NCBI GenBank assembly: GCA_051294375.1
Contig: CM119269.1
Span: 10,227,056 to 10,291,055 of the forward strand
Length of the DNA: 64,000 nt
Origin: Paraspadella gotoi
Taxonomy: Eukaryota > Animalia > Chaetognatha
Direction of reading: 5' to 3'
This document shows, piece by piece, positions 13,895 to 34,125 of the stretch (positions are counted from its first letter, which is position 1; each line of letters opens with the position of its first letter). Under the pieces are notes generated by a model. The model ran no database searches and had not been told where the DNA came from. It saw only the letters and a list, made by a program, of their open reading frames with translations. The position numbers and the translations under genes were made by a program.

Positions 13895-14744
13895 AATAGA
13901 AAAAGTTGTGACTATTGGGCGATCGTGTTGTCGGGGCTTAATTTGAAAAGGAGAAAAATATCATAAATTAAAATTATTAAAACGGAATAATCGATATTTT
14001 TTCAATAATGAATTTCCAGTTATTATTACGATTTAGATTAAACAACTCACCGAAAAATTAAAATTTGCGATTTGGATGTAACTGGACAAATCGGTTCGTG
14101 TACCATACTAGAATAGAAAAGTGATCGATGTAAAAGCGGTCACGGGACAGGATAGGCGGCCTCCATTTAAAACGTTCCGATTTCGAGAGGCTGAGGCAGA
14201 TTAAGACGTAAATATTTTTTTTCAAATTCTTCACAAATAACAAGTAAAAAAAAATCAAATTCATGTATCATTTGATAAAAACGCGGAAAAGGTAGAACCA
14301 CCCATTGTTTTCCTAACGGAGACAAACAAACACTCGGATTGAAGGAGGAGATTTCGGTCGACGTCAGACTCCGAGCAAATTCGCTTTCGACGGGGACGAC
14401 GACGACTCGATTCAACAGAGCGAAATTCCAGAGAGAGAGAGAGAGAGAGAGAGAAGAGAAGAGAGAGATCTCAACGGGGCTTATTTATAGAATTAGAAGG
14501 ATAGGAACAGAGGGCGATCCTGGATTTCAATACGCTTGGGAGGCTCATGGGAAAATAAAAAAAAGATAAAAAAATTAAGTTTATTTCTTTACGAAAAATA
14601 AACATTAAAACCGTGACAACAATGATTTTAATAAAAACGCTGAATTTATCGGATAAGCTACACAGTCGAAAGATTTTTATTATATAAAATATTATTTAAA
14701 CATTATATTTTATTATAAACTTATTAATTATTATTATTAGAATA

Positions 14745-14945
14745 AAATTGGTGCAACCAATATAAAAATTATCCATTCATCTAAAAAATAAGATATCTTG
14801 CCCTTAACTTTGGACAGGTTTTGATGGTTTAAGGTCTCAATCACTTACAAGATAATGACATAGCAGGTCCCTGCAAGCTTTTAATAAAGATTCTCGCAAA
14901 GTCTCCCACCGTACCTGGTTTCCCTATCAATGAAATGGTATAATA
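14745..14945 (-). repeat. Unclassified dispersed repeat (family R4)
   Basis: Reverse complement of 24941-25157 (GATAGCTTATTTATTAAATGAATGGATAATTTTTATATTGGTTGTACCAATTTCATA end). Confidence 0.8.
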
Positions 14946-15024
14946 TTTCAAAAAATATTTTAATTGTATGAAAAGACCACTATTATAATATTATTTTTTA
15001 AAAAAATTATTTACATTATCATAT

Positions 15025-15270
15025 ACTAACTTACCCATAAACTTAATGTATCCTGAACCTACCTCTAATTTACCCCTCACCCTAATTTACCTTTAATCCT
15101 AACTTACCCCTAACTTACTCTTGACCCAACTTACCCCTAACCCGAACTTGCCCCTAACTTATTTTTAACCCTAACTTATTTTTATTCCTAACTTACCCTT
15201 CTTCTTAACTTACACTTAATCTTAATTTATCCTTTCTTAACTTTAATTTTTCAAAACCTAACATTAACCA
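15025..15270. repeat. Degenerate ~17-bp minisatellite (CCTAACTTACCCCTAAC-like)
   Basis: Repeated TAACTTACCC / CCCTAA units. Confidence 0.7.
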
Positions 15271-15914
15271 AATATTAATAAACAACAAAAATAAATATCG
15301 AAAAATTATGATAAAGCCGAATTCCTTTTTTTTCTTCCGATAAATTATCCTCCTCCGCTCCGTTTACGTTTATTCATTAAAAAAACCTTGCTCTTCGTTT
15401 TCCCAAAGACCTCTGTAGCGTAAATGACCAAATTATGGATGAAAATTTTAGCCACGGAAGGTCGTGACGACGAGTGTAAAGAACCTCCCATCCTCGACCG
15501 AGCGGAGAGGGAGAAGACGTCGGGAGAGAAACTGTACTGAAGACCGGGATCGCGGGCGCCGTAATGTTTATAAATAGACTTATCCACTGTTGAGGATGTT
15601 GATGTTGATGTTGATATTTAGTACCTTAATAAAATAATCAAAGCATATAGATATTCCATTGCTTTTGCCGAAAAGTGAAAAGACTATCTAGCGGAGAGGG
15701 AGAAAACGTCGGGACAGAAACCACCCTCAAACCCGGAGGCATCCAAGTTCTGCGAGATTTTGCAGGCCTTTCGGCATGGGTTTTTTTTTCTGGAAAGAAA
15801 AAGACAACAAAATAAATGAGGTAGTTAGGTCGTCCAAAAGGGTATCAAAATATAAAACAAAATCCGGAGAATCACAGGAATGGACTATCAAAAAAAAATT
15901 GTGACAGCTGTTGG

Positions 15915-16085
15915 GTTAAAGAGTTGATCGACGTCTCCGTCAACATCTGGAGTCGGGTGAGAGGGATTGCGGCTGAGAAGGAGGGCAGCGTTACCCTTCA
16001 GCATCAAACTGCCGAGGCGCTGGAAAACATGGCGAACCGCTGTCCCCTCTCGATGGAGCCTTTGAGTTGGTTTATTCTTCAACGC
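15915..16085 (-). mobile_element. 3' fragment of a CRE-clade (REL endonuclease) non-LTR retrotransposon
   Basis: Translation EGTAVRHVFQRLGSLMLKGNAALLLSRNP matches the QRLS..L.RGNA C-terminal signature of CRE-type ORFs. Confidence 0.6.
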
Positions 16086-16735
16086 ATCCCATTAGATGAG
16101 AGAGAGGGGATAGAAATAGAACGAGATCCAGACCAGAGCATCGTCACCGCCACCGGAGCCGGAGGATGCTCCTCCTCCTCCTCCACCTCCTCTTCCGTCT
16201 TCAATGTCGCTCTCGTCAAAACATTGTTCTTTTGTTTTCAGGATGAGCCAAATCTGACTCAGCTCAAATTAATAATAATATCTATTGTCATTATTGAATG
16301 TAAATTAGTATAAAACTTATTAACTCATTTATGTTGCTGTTTTCCTTATTTTCTTTACAGAATAAAAAATATTACTCAATTTGTACCAATAATAAGCGAA
16401 ATTACGTACGACTAGTTCGAGTTTAACTATTAAAAAACTACTGAAATATGATTAATTTCGAGTTGATGCCGCTTTGGACGACCGAATTACTATAAAGTCC
16501 AGACGACTATCTGCAACTCGGATTCTCTTTTGTCTCGGTCAAGAGAGATATCGAATTTCGTCTCATAATCGGTCTCTCGCGATTATTCATAATTCTGCTT
16601 TGAAACGGGACTCTTCCCAAAAATAATAAACGTTTGTGGACGCTTAGTGGTTTCTTCGTGGTTTGTTGAATTGTTTAATATTGCGTTGAAGAGGCTGGTT
16701 TTACAGGGCGCCACACCCGCAGCGGTGTCACCTCG

Positions 16736-16948
16736 TGGCAACAGCGAGACTGCATGTTCATGTAGTCCAGAGCTTTGGATCTGGCCGTAGGCCCTTGCCT
16801 ACAGGCGGGTTACCCGGTCCCTCCCACTTTCTACATGACAACCTCAGGGCTCGAACCAGGGACGCACATTGGGATGGTGCATTAGTCCACTGAGCCACTG
16901 AGGCGCTGCGAAAGAAACAGCTTTAATCCATCTGTGGTGATAGGACCA
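16736..16948 (-). mobile_element. tRNA-derived SINE-like element with twister ribozyme, subfamily A copy 1
   Basis: The minus strand reads A box TGGCTCAGTGG and B box GGTTCGAGCC inside a CCTCAG/CTGAGG stem, then the twister motif and a GCTGTTGCCA tail. Confidence 0.8.
16759..16837 (-). ncRNA. Putative type-P5 twister ribozyme (A1); predicted cleavage between 16812 and 16811
   Basis: CAUGUAG-AAA-GUGG-GA-GG-GACCGGG-U^AA-CCC-GCC-[UGUAGGC AAGG GCCUACG]-G-CCAGA-UCCAAAGC-UCUGG-A-CUACAUG. One T1 mismatch. Confidence 0.7.
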
Positions 16949-17079
16949 ATAGACAGCCGCCCCCAGGACTCTCACTATGAGAGTACGAAGCAGGGGATGA
17001 AGCGCATGTCTCTTTGCTGAACCTCTCTTCATTCTGGTGGCTTATGCGTTGAGTGGCAGCTGCATAGTTCAAACCACAT

Positions 17080-17281
17080 CAGCGAGACAGCATGTTCATT
17101 TAGTCCAGAGCTTTGGATCTGGCAGTAGGCCCTTGCCTACAGGCGGGTTACCCGGTCCATCCCACTTTCTACATGACAACCTCAGGGCTCGAACCAGGGA
17201 CGCACATTGGGATGGTGCATTAGTCCACTGAGGCGCTGCAAAAGAAACAGCTTTAATCCATCTGTGGTGATAGGACCACCA
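17080..17281 (-). mobile_element. tRNA-derived SINE-like element with twister ribozyme, subfamily A copy 2
   Basis: Near-identical direct repeat of 16743-16948, with an 8-nt deletion in the A-box region. Confidence 0.8.
17097..17175 (-). ncRNA. Putative type-P5 twister ribozyme (A2); predicted cleavage between 17150 and 17149
   Basis: As A1, but GA-UG gives full T1 pairing with CA of loop UCCAAAGC. Confidence 0.72.
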
Positions 17282-17547
17282 GAACGTACTTGATTAATTA
17301 ATGATTACGTCTAACCCCCCCCCCGTGTCCTGGAGGGGTTTCTTCATTACCTCATTTATGTTGTCCTTTTTCTTTCCAGAAAAACATTTTTCGAGTATAA
17401 TTATTATTAACGTTTCCGTTTTCTTTGACGTATTAAGTGTTCGTAATTTCTTTCGTGAACAATTAACAGATGCACTGCCGCGACGACCACGGAGTCAGGG
17501 GGGGCCGACACGACCGGATTCGAGATAAAATCCACTCAGAGGCCCAA

Positions 17548-17978
17548 CTCGCCTGCCTCAACCCGAAGAAGGAAGCTCCTGGTCTTCTCCCTTGATCCCT
17601 ATCTCGACCCGCCGATATCTACATCCCTAATTGGATAGACGGCCAGAAAATAGCCTTTGATGTATCCGTCGTCTCCCCTGTCCAGGAGGCCATAATCCTC
17701 CAAGCCGCCATGGCTCCTGCCGCCGCCATTGAGATGTGGAAATCTGCCAAAATGCGCGGCCATTTCGCCAACTGCCAGGCCCAAGGAATACACTTTCAGC
17801 CTCTCATAGTGGAAGCCTTCGGCGGTTGGGACAAGGAAGCCCTGACCTTTCTTAAAGCCCTTGCCCACCTTGACGATGGGGAAAAAACAATTCCTTATAA
17901 TTTAAATACTTTTTCCAATTCCTGTCCGTTGCCCTTCAACGAGGCAACGCAGACCTGCTGATAAACCGCGACTATTAA
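17548..17978 (+). mobile_element. Decayed 3' fragment of a CRE-clade non-LTR retrotransposon (restriction-like endonuclease domain)
   Basis: Translation RPADIYIPNWIDGQKIAFDVSVVSP...K..K...FQPLIVEAFGGW...FQFLSVALQRGNA, with in-frame stops and a frameshift. Confidence 0.85.
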
Positions 17979-18327
17979 CTCTCATTTTACGGCATCTTTC
18001 CTAAAATAACCTACAGGAAGGAAAAAATATATATAGTATTATATACTTGTTTAACTTAAACTTTCCTATAATAAAATCTTCATTCACGACAATATACTTT
18101 TATCGACTTTTATGACAAAATCAACATCACTCTCATTTTGACAATTACTTTTTCTTCGCGATATATTATCCTTTCTTTTTCCAGGAAAAAAAAAACAGAT
18201 TAATCATCGAGTTGATTCTTTTAAATTTTTGATGCATTTAGGTGATTATCTTCTTCTTTTTTTCTGTTATTTCGGACTACTAATGAAGCAGGAGTCCTTT
18301 TTCCAAAGTAGTCTTTTTTAATTTTTT

Positions 18328-18513
18328 TTATTTCTCTTTTTCTTTGGCAGTTTCCTGTGATAAAAATAAACTTCGTGATTCAAAAACTGGGCTTATTGGG
18401 TCTTTACATTCACATTTACCATTTATTTGTAGTATGCGTATAAATACCGCCGTTATTGCAATGATCAGTATGACGATAAACGAGATTCCAATAGCAACTG
18501 ACGCTTCCATCAC
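18328..18513 (-). CDS. Possible last exon of a small single-pass membrane protein
   Basis: Hydrophobic stretch VAIGISFIVILIIAITAVFI followed by a charged tail. A Cys-rich open frame lies upstream (about 18600-18760). No family recognised. Confidence 0.3.
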   Translation of the reverse strand: MMEASVAIGISFIVILIIAITAVFIRILQINGKCECKDPISPVFESRSLFLSQETAKEKEK

Positions 18514-19194
18514 CGAGGGACATCTAAAACGTGATTAATTTATAATTAACATATGAATTACAAGTTAATTGTAAGACAAAATCTGTTAAAATTCATTCAA
18601 TATTCCTTATATCGTTGAGTTGATCAACTGAAGAGATGTTTTTACAAATTGTAGTTTCTTTTTGGGTCCATAGTTCAGGGTCCACACATTTACAAACAGG
18701 TCTGAAGTCTAAATCGTAGCATTCGTAACAAATAGTTCCTGATAAAAGTAAAACAGACGATAGACTTCATCAGAAACATGTAAGCGTAATAGTATTAGTT
18801 TTAGGTATTAGTTGTTAACTTGCCTGTAGATCTTTGAATTTTTGTATTTAAAGCTCCAACTTTACTCCAAAATAACACCAATAGACTCATTATACAAGGT
18901 AAAAATGGCATTTTGCTAATGGTTAGAAAACAAATCGTCAAAAAGTACTTCAGAAAGGTACCCTCAGATTTCTATAACGTCGATCTTATCTTTATCTTGA
19001 AAGAGCCAAGTTCAAACAACCACTTTATTGAAAAGTTCAATAGTAACTGATACAGCTATAACAAAAATAAGATTTTTCAAATTGTTTTGATAACATTTAT
19101 TAAAACTTCGATAAGTTAGCAAGCCAAATTTTTTTTGACTGTACGTTTTAGCTTTTTTGGTTTGGACTGATCCGGTTGCATAAACCATTGCATT

Positions 19195-27577
<8,383 letters not shown>

Positions 27578-27714
27578 TGTGCACGATTTTAAATTCAATT
27601 TGCCTGTGTCGGAACCATGTCCTCGTCAAGCTAAATTTTTTCAAAGTTTTGTTACGTTTTCCTTGTTGATTTTCAGATAAATTCAGTCTTTCCATCAGAC
27701 TGAATATTATTCTC

Positions 27715-28538
27715 ATGGGGCTGTCATGGTTTTCCAATGGGAGTCCGTCGTTTTATATTAATTTTGTGGCTGTTGGCGTTTTGTCTTTACTTGTCTTTTC
27801 ATCGACTAATTAAAAAAAAAACGATTTTTTCAATTCGATCGCCTCCTTCCATGAAAGGGGTTTAACGGGATCAAGAACGCAGAAAACAGGTGTGTCAAGT
27901 TCATTTCATGTTGAAAAATCTACAAGTATATTGTACAATATTGTCAACATTTTAAACCTCAGCATGTTCCCGTCAGCTTAGATGCCATCTTTTTCGTTCC
28001 TGGAATCGGCGGTTTAACGTCTGGTAAAAAGCTACAAATTAATTTGGTGAAAAATTTTATACTTTCGCCTCTTAAAAATGCGGCTGCTTTAGTGTCTTTC
28101 GGTGAAAAACAAGTGCTTCTCTTGGAGCGACATGATCGCCCCGGCGACGTAGAAAATGGCTACGAGTTCGACGTAGGCATTCAATACTTTAGCGAATTGG
28201 GTCATAGATGGATAAAATTACCAGGTAAGAAAAACCCTATTTGTCGTGGCTTCCAGCAGACGCGACTCTATAATTTATATCTATAATCTATACTTTAATT
28301 AACTACCAAATCTGAAAAAAAAAAACGAATGAACCCGGTTACTAGAATTATCATCGCAATAATTAAGGTTTATCAAATAATCTTCGACCTTATTACTATT
28401 GCAGATTTACTACGACGCTATGGTAACTCTCCGCACGAATGTGGGGATTCCGGGTTTTTATTTCGTGGGCCAGGACGCCTTCACCTGCGGCTTTGCTGGT
28501 TTATTTCACGCCGGGGTTTTGGCGACTTTGACGGTTTA
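27715..28538 (+). pseudogene. RETSAT: Retinol saturase / phytoene-desaturase-family relic with a large internal deletion
   Basis: Fragments VPVSLDAIFFVPGIGGLTS, AALVSFGEKQVLLLERHDRPG..ENGYEFDVGIQY and LRTNVGIPGFYFVGQDAFTCGFAG resemble the RETSAT N-terminal dinucleotide fold and C-terminus. The first Gly of GxGxxG is lost, there is an early stop and a damaged acceptor, and the middle of the protein is absent. Confidence 0.75.
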
Positions 28539-28959
28539 ATTTTGCTTCAGACAAATTGTTTCGGATTGGAAACAAGGAGACAAAACAACTATCAATTTTA
28601 CTCATATTGTACTACCATTCTGATCTTCTAAAACACCTAAAGCATAAAAATAAAAATTGCTCAATGCTAATGAATTTAATTTAATAGTTTTTTTAAAGAA
28701 TATACCAAATGATCAAACGACGATTTTATTTATCTGCTTTAACTGCCCGAAGATTTTGATGAATTTTATTTGCCTCTTTACTGTTAACAACGATTGTTTT
28801 TCAATAAGGGTTCTTTAACCTTTTTATATACAGGTACTACCTCTCATGGTTTCTCGATTTTTATTTTGGATTCATTCTGCATTGATTTTTATTACGATTT
28901 TTCAGATGACATCACGTCATATACAAATTAAATGACAGAAACAAAAAATACCATTCAAA

Positions 28960-31900
28960 ATGAAAATTTCGAAAACTGTATTCCTTATTTTTGTTAATAT
29001 CGTCTTTTGTTTTCACTCTGCTTTCTCGGCGCCGGATTATGCCAATGATGCGCTGAAATCTCATGCTGTGGAAAAAGGCAAACTTCAATATGATTTGTTA
29101 CAAGCAAAGGCCAAGGTTAATTTCAATATTATTTTTACTACCCAGGTTTTAAATTTCCTATTCTGGCATTTTCCAATCATTTTACGCCGTTGATGTTAAA
29201 AATATACGTATATATGTAGCCGTTTTGTTGAGATTAAAATAACACTTAAGGCATAACATTTAAGCATAGCTGATGAAATTTAAATGCTAATGTATACAGC
29301 ATTAAAATAATCTATTATGACCATAGATTATGGTATTAAAATATTTTTGTCTAAAAAACTTTCTTCTTACTATATAGAGAATAAAAAATTTTTGGTGGAT
29401 TCTAATAGAGCATAAAAAATTAAACCAACTTTTAAAAATTTTTACGTTTTCTAAGTGAATATATAAAAAAATAATAAAATCATTAAAAGATGATAATGAT
29501 GATAATCTTTTGTTTTCTTATTTTTGACTCACTTATAATAAAAATATTTAAAAAAGAATTATATTAAGCCATATAAGAAATTGTCTGTCTATTGAAAGTA
29601 TACTTAAAAAAGTAAAAATTTTTGTTTGAGCATGTACTCGCTATAAATTTTTGACTCGCCCCATTAAGTTGGGATAATACCCCTACTATTAGTGGAGGAC
29701 TAAAATTTGAATACACCTAAAAAGTTTAACATAACTCTCTACCCCCTAAATTAATTCTTTCATAATACATATTTATTTATAGATAAAGGTATAACTTTTT
29801 TTAAAGATTTTGTTTTGAAAATCAGAATCATGTAGCTTTTGGATATTTTGATTAGAAGTTGGTGAAAAATTAATAAAGCTGTTAAAAATTATCATCCTTC
29901 GATAATTTTATCAGTTTTTCTTAATTTGACTTAGAAAACGTATGAATTTTTAAAAGTTGTAATTATATTTTTCTTTTAACTTTTTTTGCTCTATCAGAAT
30001 TTATTTAAGATTAAATAAAAATCGTTTTATCATTATATAGTAATATTGATAGCAACTATAAGTGTAGAGAAGTTTCTGTCTCTCTACGCCGCTCCAAGTA
30101 ATATCAGTTGGTCCAGGAAAGGCTCGGCTAAATACCGCAACCGACAAGGCATCCACTGACTCTATATCATGAGTATAATCTCGAAGACAATGTAAGAGAA
30201 ATCATAGAGTAAATCGAAGTATAATTCTAAAGAAATGCATCAATAATCCGTCATATAATCCAGTAATAATTCGTTAAAGCCAGTGTAAAATGCCGTAGGA
30301 AAATAGTTAAAATACCGAGGGAAATTAGTCCAAGCAAGCGGAATCTATCAAACTAAACTCGCGATCCAAATTCTGACTGAGGTTGACCGGGGAAGAAGAG
30401 GAGAGAGCTCGAGAGAGATATCTCAGTCTCTCTCGGTCCACAAACTATCTGTGGCCACTGGTTCTACTTCAATAAGTATATTTACTAATGGTTAATATAT
30501 TAATATAAAAAATAGAAATGAGACGAAATGTGATGTTAATATACAAATCATGAAATAATTTCTCAGTTTCGTCATATTCCGCATCTGCAGATCCCACGCT
30601 ATGGTGATTGTTGGCGGTCGGCGCTCGGGCAAGTGGAGGCTGGTTGTAAACGCCTCAATGAAGACCAACAGGCTCGCCTCTCATTGGCTCTCGTCGCTTG
30701 TCAAATGGATCAGTTAGGCATCAAAAGGAAACCCATGAAGGACAGCGATGAGTCCGTAAGAAAATTTCTCGAATTCGAACTTTTTTCGCCCGTATTTTAA
30801 CTAGAATATTATAACATCACCATTATTTTACTTTCCTAAATGATTACTAATTGGTTCAAATTATGCTATGATATCCGTTTTGACGGCTTTTTGCTCGGCT
30901 CTTTTCTCTTCTCTTCTCTTCTCTTCTCTTCTCTTTTGTGTTTTCGTCACCCCCTTAATCTAATAAGTTATAACCTTCCAGTCGTCTTCTCGGACTTATC
31001 ATTGCGACCCGGATACACCCGTTCACGTTTGCACATCGGGAATCGACCAGGACGTCAACGCCTTTACAGCCTTTTCTCAATTTTTCACACATACAGGTGG
31101 TCTTTTCAATCAAAGCAAAGAGAGCAAAGAAGACAGTTTTTCTTATCCGTTTCCACCCCCCTCTCTCTGGTAACAGCCCACATGTGTTTCTTCCTTGAGT
31201 CTCAACGTTGGCACGAGGCTACCGCCCTGACCGTCGACGCTCTTTTGCGATCCTCCGAGGTCGTCGCCCGCGGCCTCAACATCTCCACTCAGATTCAGGA
31301 GCGTCTAATTACCTCACAAGAGGAGCTGCTCGCCAGGGGCGTCGATCTGAGCCAAAGTCTTGAATCGTCGTCAGGTGAGATTGATATGGTTATAGTTGTT
31401 CACATCGAATATCCTATCTCACCAGTGGTGAGTCACCACTCAACAGAGGGAGTACAGCGTCTCTTTGACGAATTTCGATCGTCCACGGAAAATCAGAGGC
31501 TCTTGGTCGTGGACACGATCTCGCGCGTGGCTCAACTACAGTCGTTCGTCGTCGACCAAGTTTCGCTCTTTTACGCGTACATCTTTTACATTGCGGGTCT
31601 CGTCGTCGCCTCCCTTTTGACTTCGACTAAAAGAAGTGGGGGTGCTCGGGTTTGGCTATTCGCGCTATTGACTCTGAACCTCATCGTCGAACGATCAATT
31701 GTCTATTTTATTGACCGACATTTCGCTGAAGATTACGGGTATAGTTTTATTTTTTATTACGCAATTCTCTTTTAAATTGATTCTTAGTACGGCATTTAGA
31801 GGTTGATTTTTCTGTTTTAGCGTCAACGAGATCGGTGACATGATCAATATTTGGGCTTGGAGATGTCGCCACTCCTTTTTAAGCCTAGCAGCGACTGTGT

Positions 31901-34125
31901 TATTATGGAAAATATGGGCTTTTCAAGACCTTCATGTCATTAACAACGCCGTGTTGCAGCAAATACACAAACAAAACGCCGATTTAAAAGTTAGTGGCCA
32001 ATGTAAATTTTACTTTACATACGTACTCACGGTAGGGCCGAGAGATTGTGAAAGAAACAAAAAAGTGCCATCTCTGAAACCCATAAAATCTTAAAGTATA
32101 CCCATAAGACTTTTAATCTGGAAGTTCAGCAAAATCCGATCAAAGCAGGATTTTTTTGAAACGTTAAGCTTAAGGTATTTTTTAGGCAAAGTATGTTCAT
32201 AGGATTAGGAAAAAAATAGGAAAATAATTTAAAGAAACTTTCTCTGCTTCAGCAACGTTTGGAAGCTCTTGCTTCCGCTTCTCGTCCTCCATCAACGTTG
32301 GGCCCAAACAAGAATGATGACGATGGAACAGATTCCTTATTTGCCGAAAGATCTCTGAGTAAGTTTTTTCAAGAGCGATAAATTTACAAAAATTGACTTT
32401 CACATTGCTGCCTTTAAATTCACAGCCGAAAGCTACGCGAATTCGTTTTTACCATCAGAAATGGATTCCAGCCTCGATATCACTTTCGTTCCTCGTAAAA
32501 ACTTTAGTGACGACGACGACGACACCGAAAGTTACATCACGGGATCCTCCAGGTGGGGACCAACTGATCCATGTTTATGGTTTAACTATATATCCTGTAT
32601 ATCCGTCGCAATCGCTTTGCGTTTGCGACGATATTGCTTTGGTTTTGCTCAGAAGTGGCGTCGTCGTCGTTGGCGTTCCAAATTATAGATCGCCTTTTTT
32701 ATGAAAATTTATTACAGCTTCTCATTATCGATGTGCTTAAAACTGAGTCTGGACAGTTATTAAATATGTTTTTTTTTACGTTTTATCAAAACAAACAAAA
32801 TTTCTTTCTTTTATTTTTATATTTTTTTCTCTCTCTCTCTTTTCTCTTTCAATTACATGTCTCTTTCCCTTTTCCTTAGACTTTTCCCTAGTCACTGATT
32901 CATACTATGAATCATAGGGGGAAAAAACGAGTCTGCAGGGGCTTATTTTTTTTCTCTCTTTGCTTCTGCTGCTTCTGCTGCTGCCTTTTGATTTTTCTTT
33001 TTTTCTGGGTGCCTCTGCTGCAGCCGCTGCTGATTCGTCTGAAAACGATTTGGTCTCTCTTTCTCTCGCTCTCTCTCCTCTCTCCTCTCTCCTCTCTTTC
33101 ATTTTATTTCACTTTAGTCTTTACTTCACTTCGGCAGTCTGATTCAAGTTTCACTTTGTCTTTCGTCTGGGAATGCTGACAGTGTTTAGAGAGGTCGCAT
33201 TCGATCAAACTGCTCGCTTATGCAGGCTAAAAGTAAAACAAAAGTACCTTCAATAATGTCTATCCAGACTTAGCACTTGTTAAAAATTAAACTCGAAAAT
33301 AAGTTATTTTACTGTTTTATATTTATTATTCTTTTTTTTTTCTTTTTCTTTCTGTTTGTAAATTAATTTTTTTTTCTCATATTTAATTTTTTTAGTATCA
33401 AAATTTGTCGTCAATCCAGATTTTTCTTATGCGATTGCAACGATCCTTATACTTTTAAGATTTTTGTACCCTTGGCTCGTGCCTCAATTTTTCTGTTTTT
33501 CTAATTAGCGGTCGATCGTCTCGAACTGAGTTAATTCCCCTGGGCGAAAAACCGTCAGTTTACCCTCGGACGACTTCGATGACTTCTATGGGTTCATCCC
33601 TGGCTTCCTCGGCCTCGGCGGTCGCATCCTCAATGGGATCGACCCTTTCCTCTCTTGTCGACGAGTTGAAATCCCTTTCTCCGCCCGGCTTGTCAGGATG
33701 TAAGTCCATTACGGGCAATCGGGCATGTTAATTGAAATTGTGTTGGAGAGCTACTAATTGAATTTAAATAATCTAAAACTTTGACGTAGTAAACGTAATA
33801 GTATGGTCCATCGAATTCTATTAGAAAATATTTATTTATTCATGTAGTGAACATCGGGAAAGAAACTCGGTACAATCTTCGCCCTCGCTCTCAATGTTCC
33901 CGCCCAGCGTCCTCCGTCGGCGACGCCCTCCGCCGCGGCGTCGAAATCATTCGGGAGGAAACTCCGGAGGAATTCGGCGTCGCCGTTCGCCAAATGCTAA
34001 ATGTTTCTCGGCGAAATGCCAAGAAGGTGAAGAAAACTCTGAGAACCTCGGGGATCCGACAAAACCGGAATTTGCGTCCTGGCGACCAAATTGGCGTCGG
34101 ATTCTTCTCAAGCGACGACGAATGA
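28960..34125 (+). CDS. GEX1/Brambleberry/Kar5-family nuclear membrane fusion protein
   Basis: Signal peptide, then the Cys-rich domain YGDCWRSALGQVEAGCKRLNEDQQARLSLALVACQ...C...C...FSQFFTHT|AHMCFFLESQRW. A coiled-coil, three hydrophobic segments and a tail containing RYNLRPR follow. About 8 exons. Confidence 0.85.
32601..33460 (+). mobile_element. Helentron/HINE-like non-autonomous element with CT/CTG microsatellites (family R5)
   Basis: Subterminal inverted repeats CGTCGCAATCGC / GCGATTGCAACGA and a 5' hairpin. Second copy at 55491-56341. Confidence 0.6.

Noticed and set aside
16705-17000. Possible HDV-like ribozyme halves (GTCACCTCGTGGC; GG-ACTCTCA/TGAGAGT-ACGAA) split by the subfamily A element
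   Set aside because: No convincing P2 and only about 5 bp of P1 could be built; the similarity may be chance.
30060-30470. Possible solo LTR (similar impression at 40900-41200)
   Set aside because: No clear TG..CA ends with a TSD and no second copy; left unannotated.
32905-33179. ORFs rich in E/R/K or L/S/F (also 55943-56293, 1659-1901, 35330-35617, 60712-61145)
   Set aside because: These are translations of microsatellite or low-complexity tracts.
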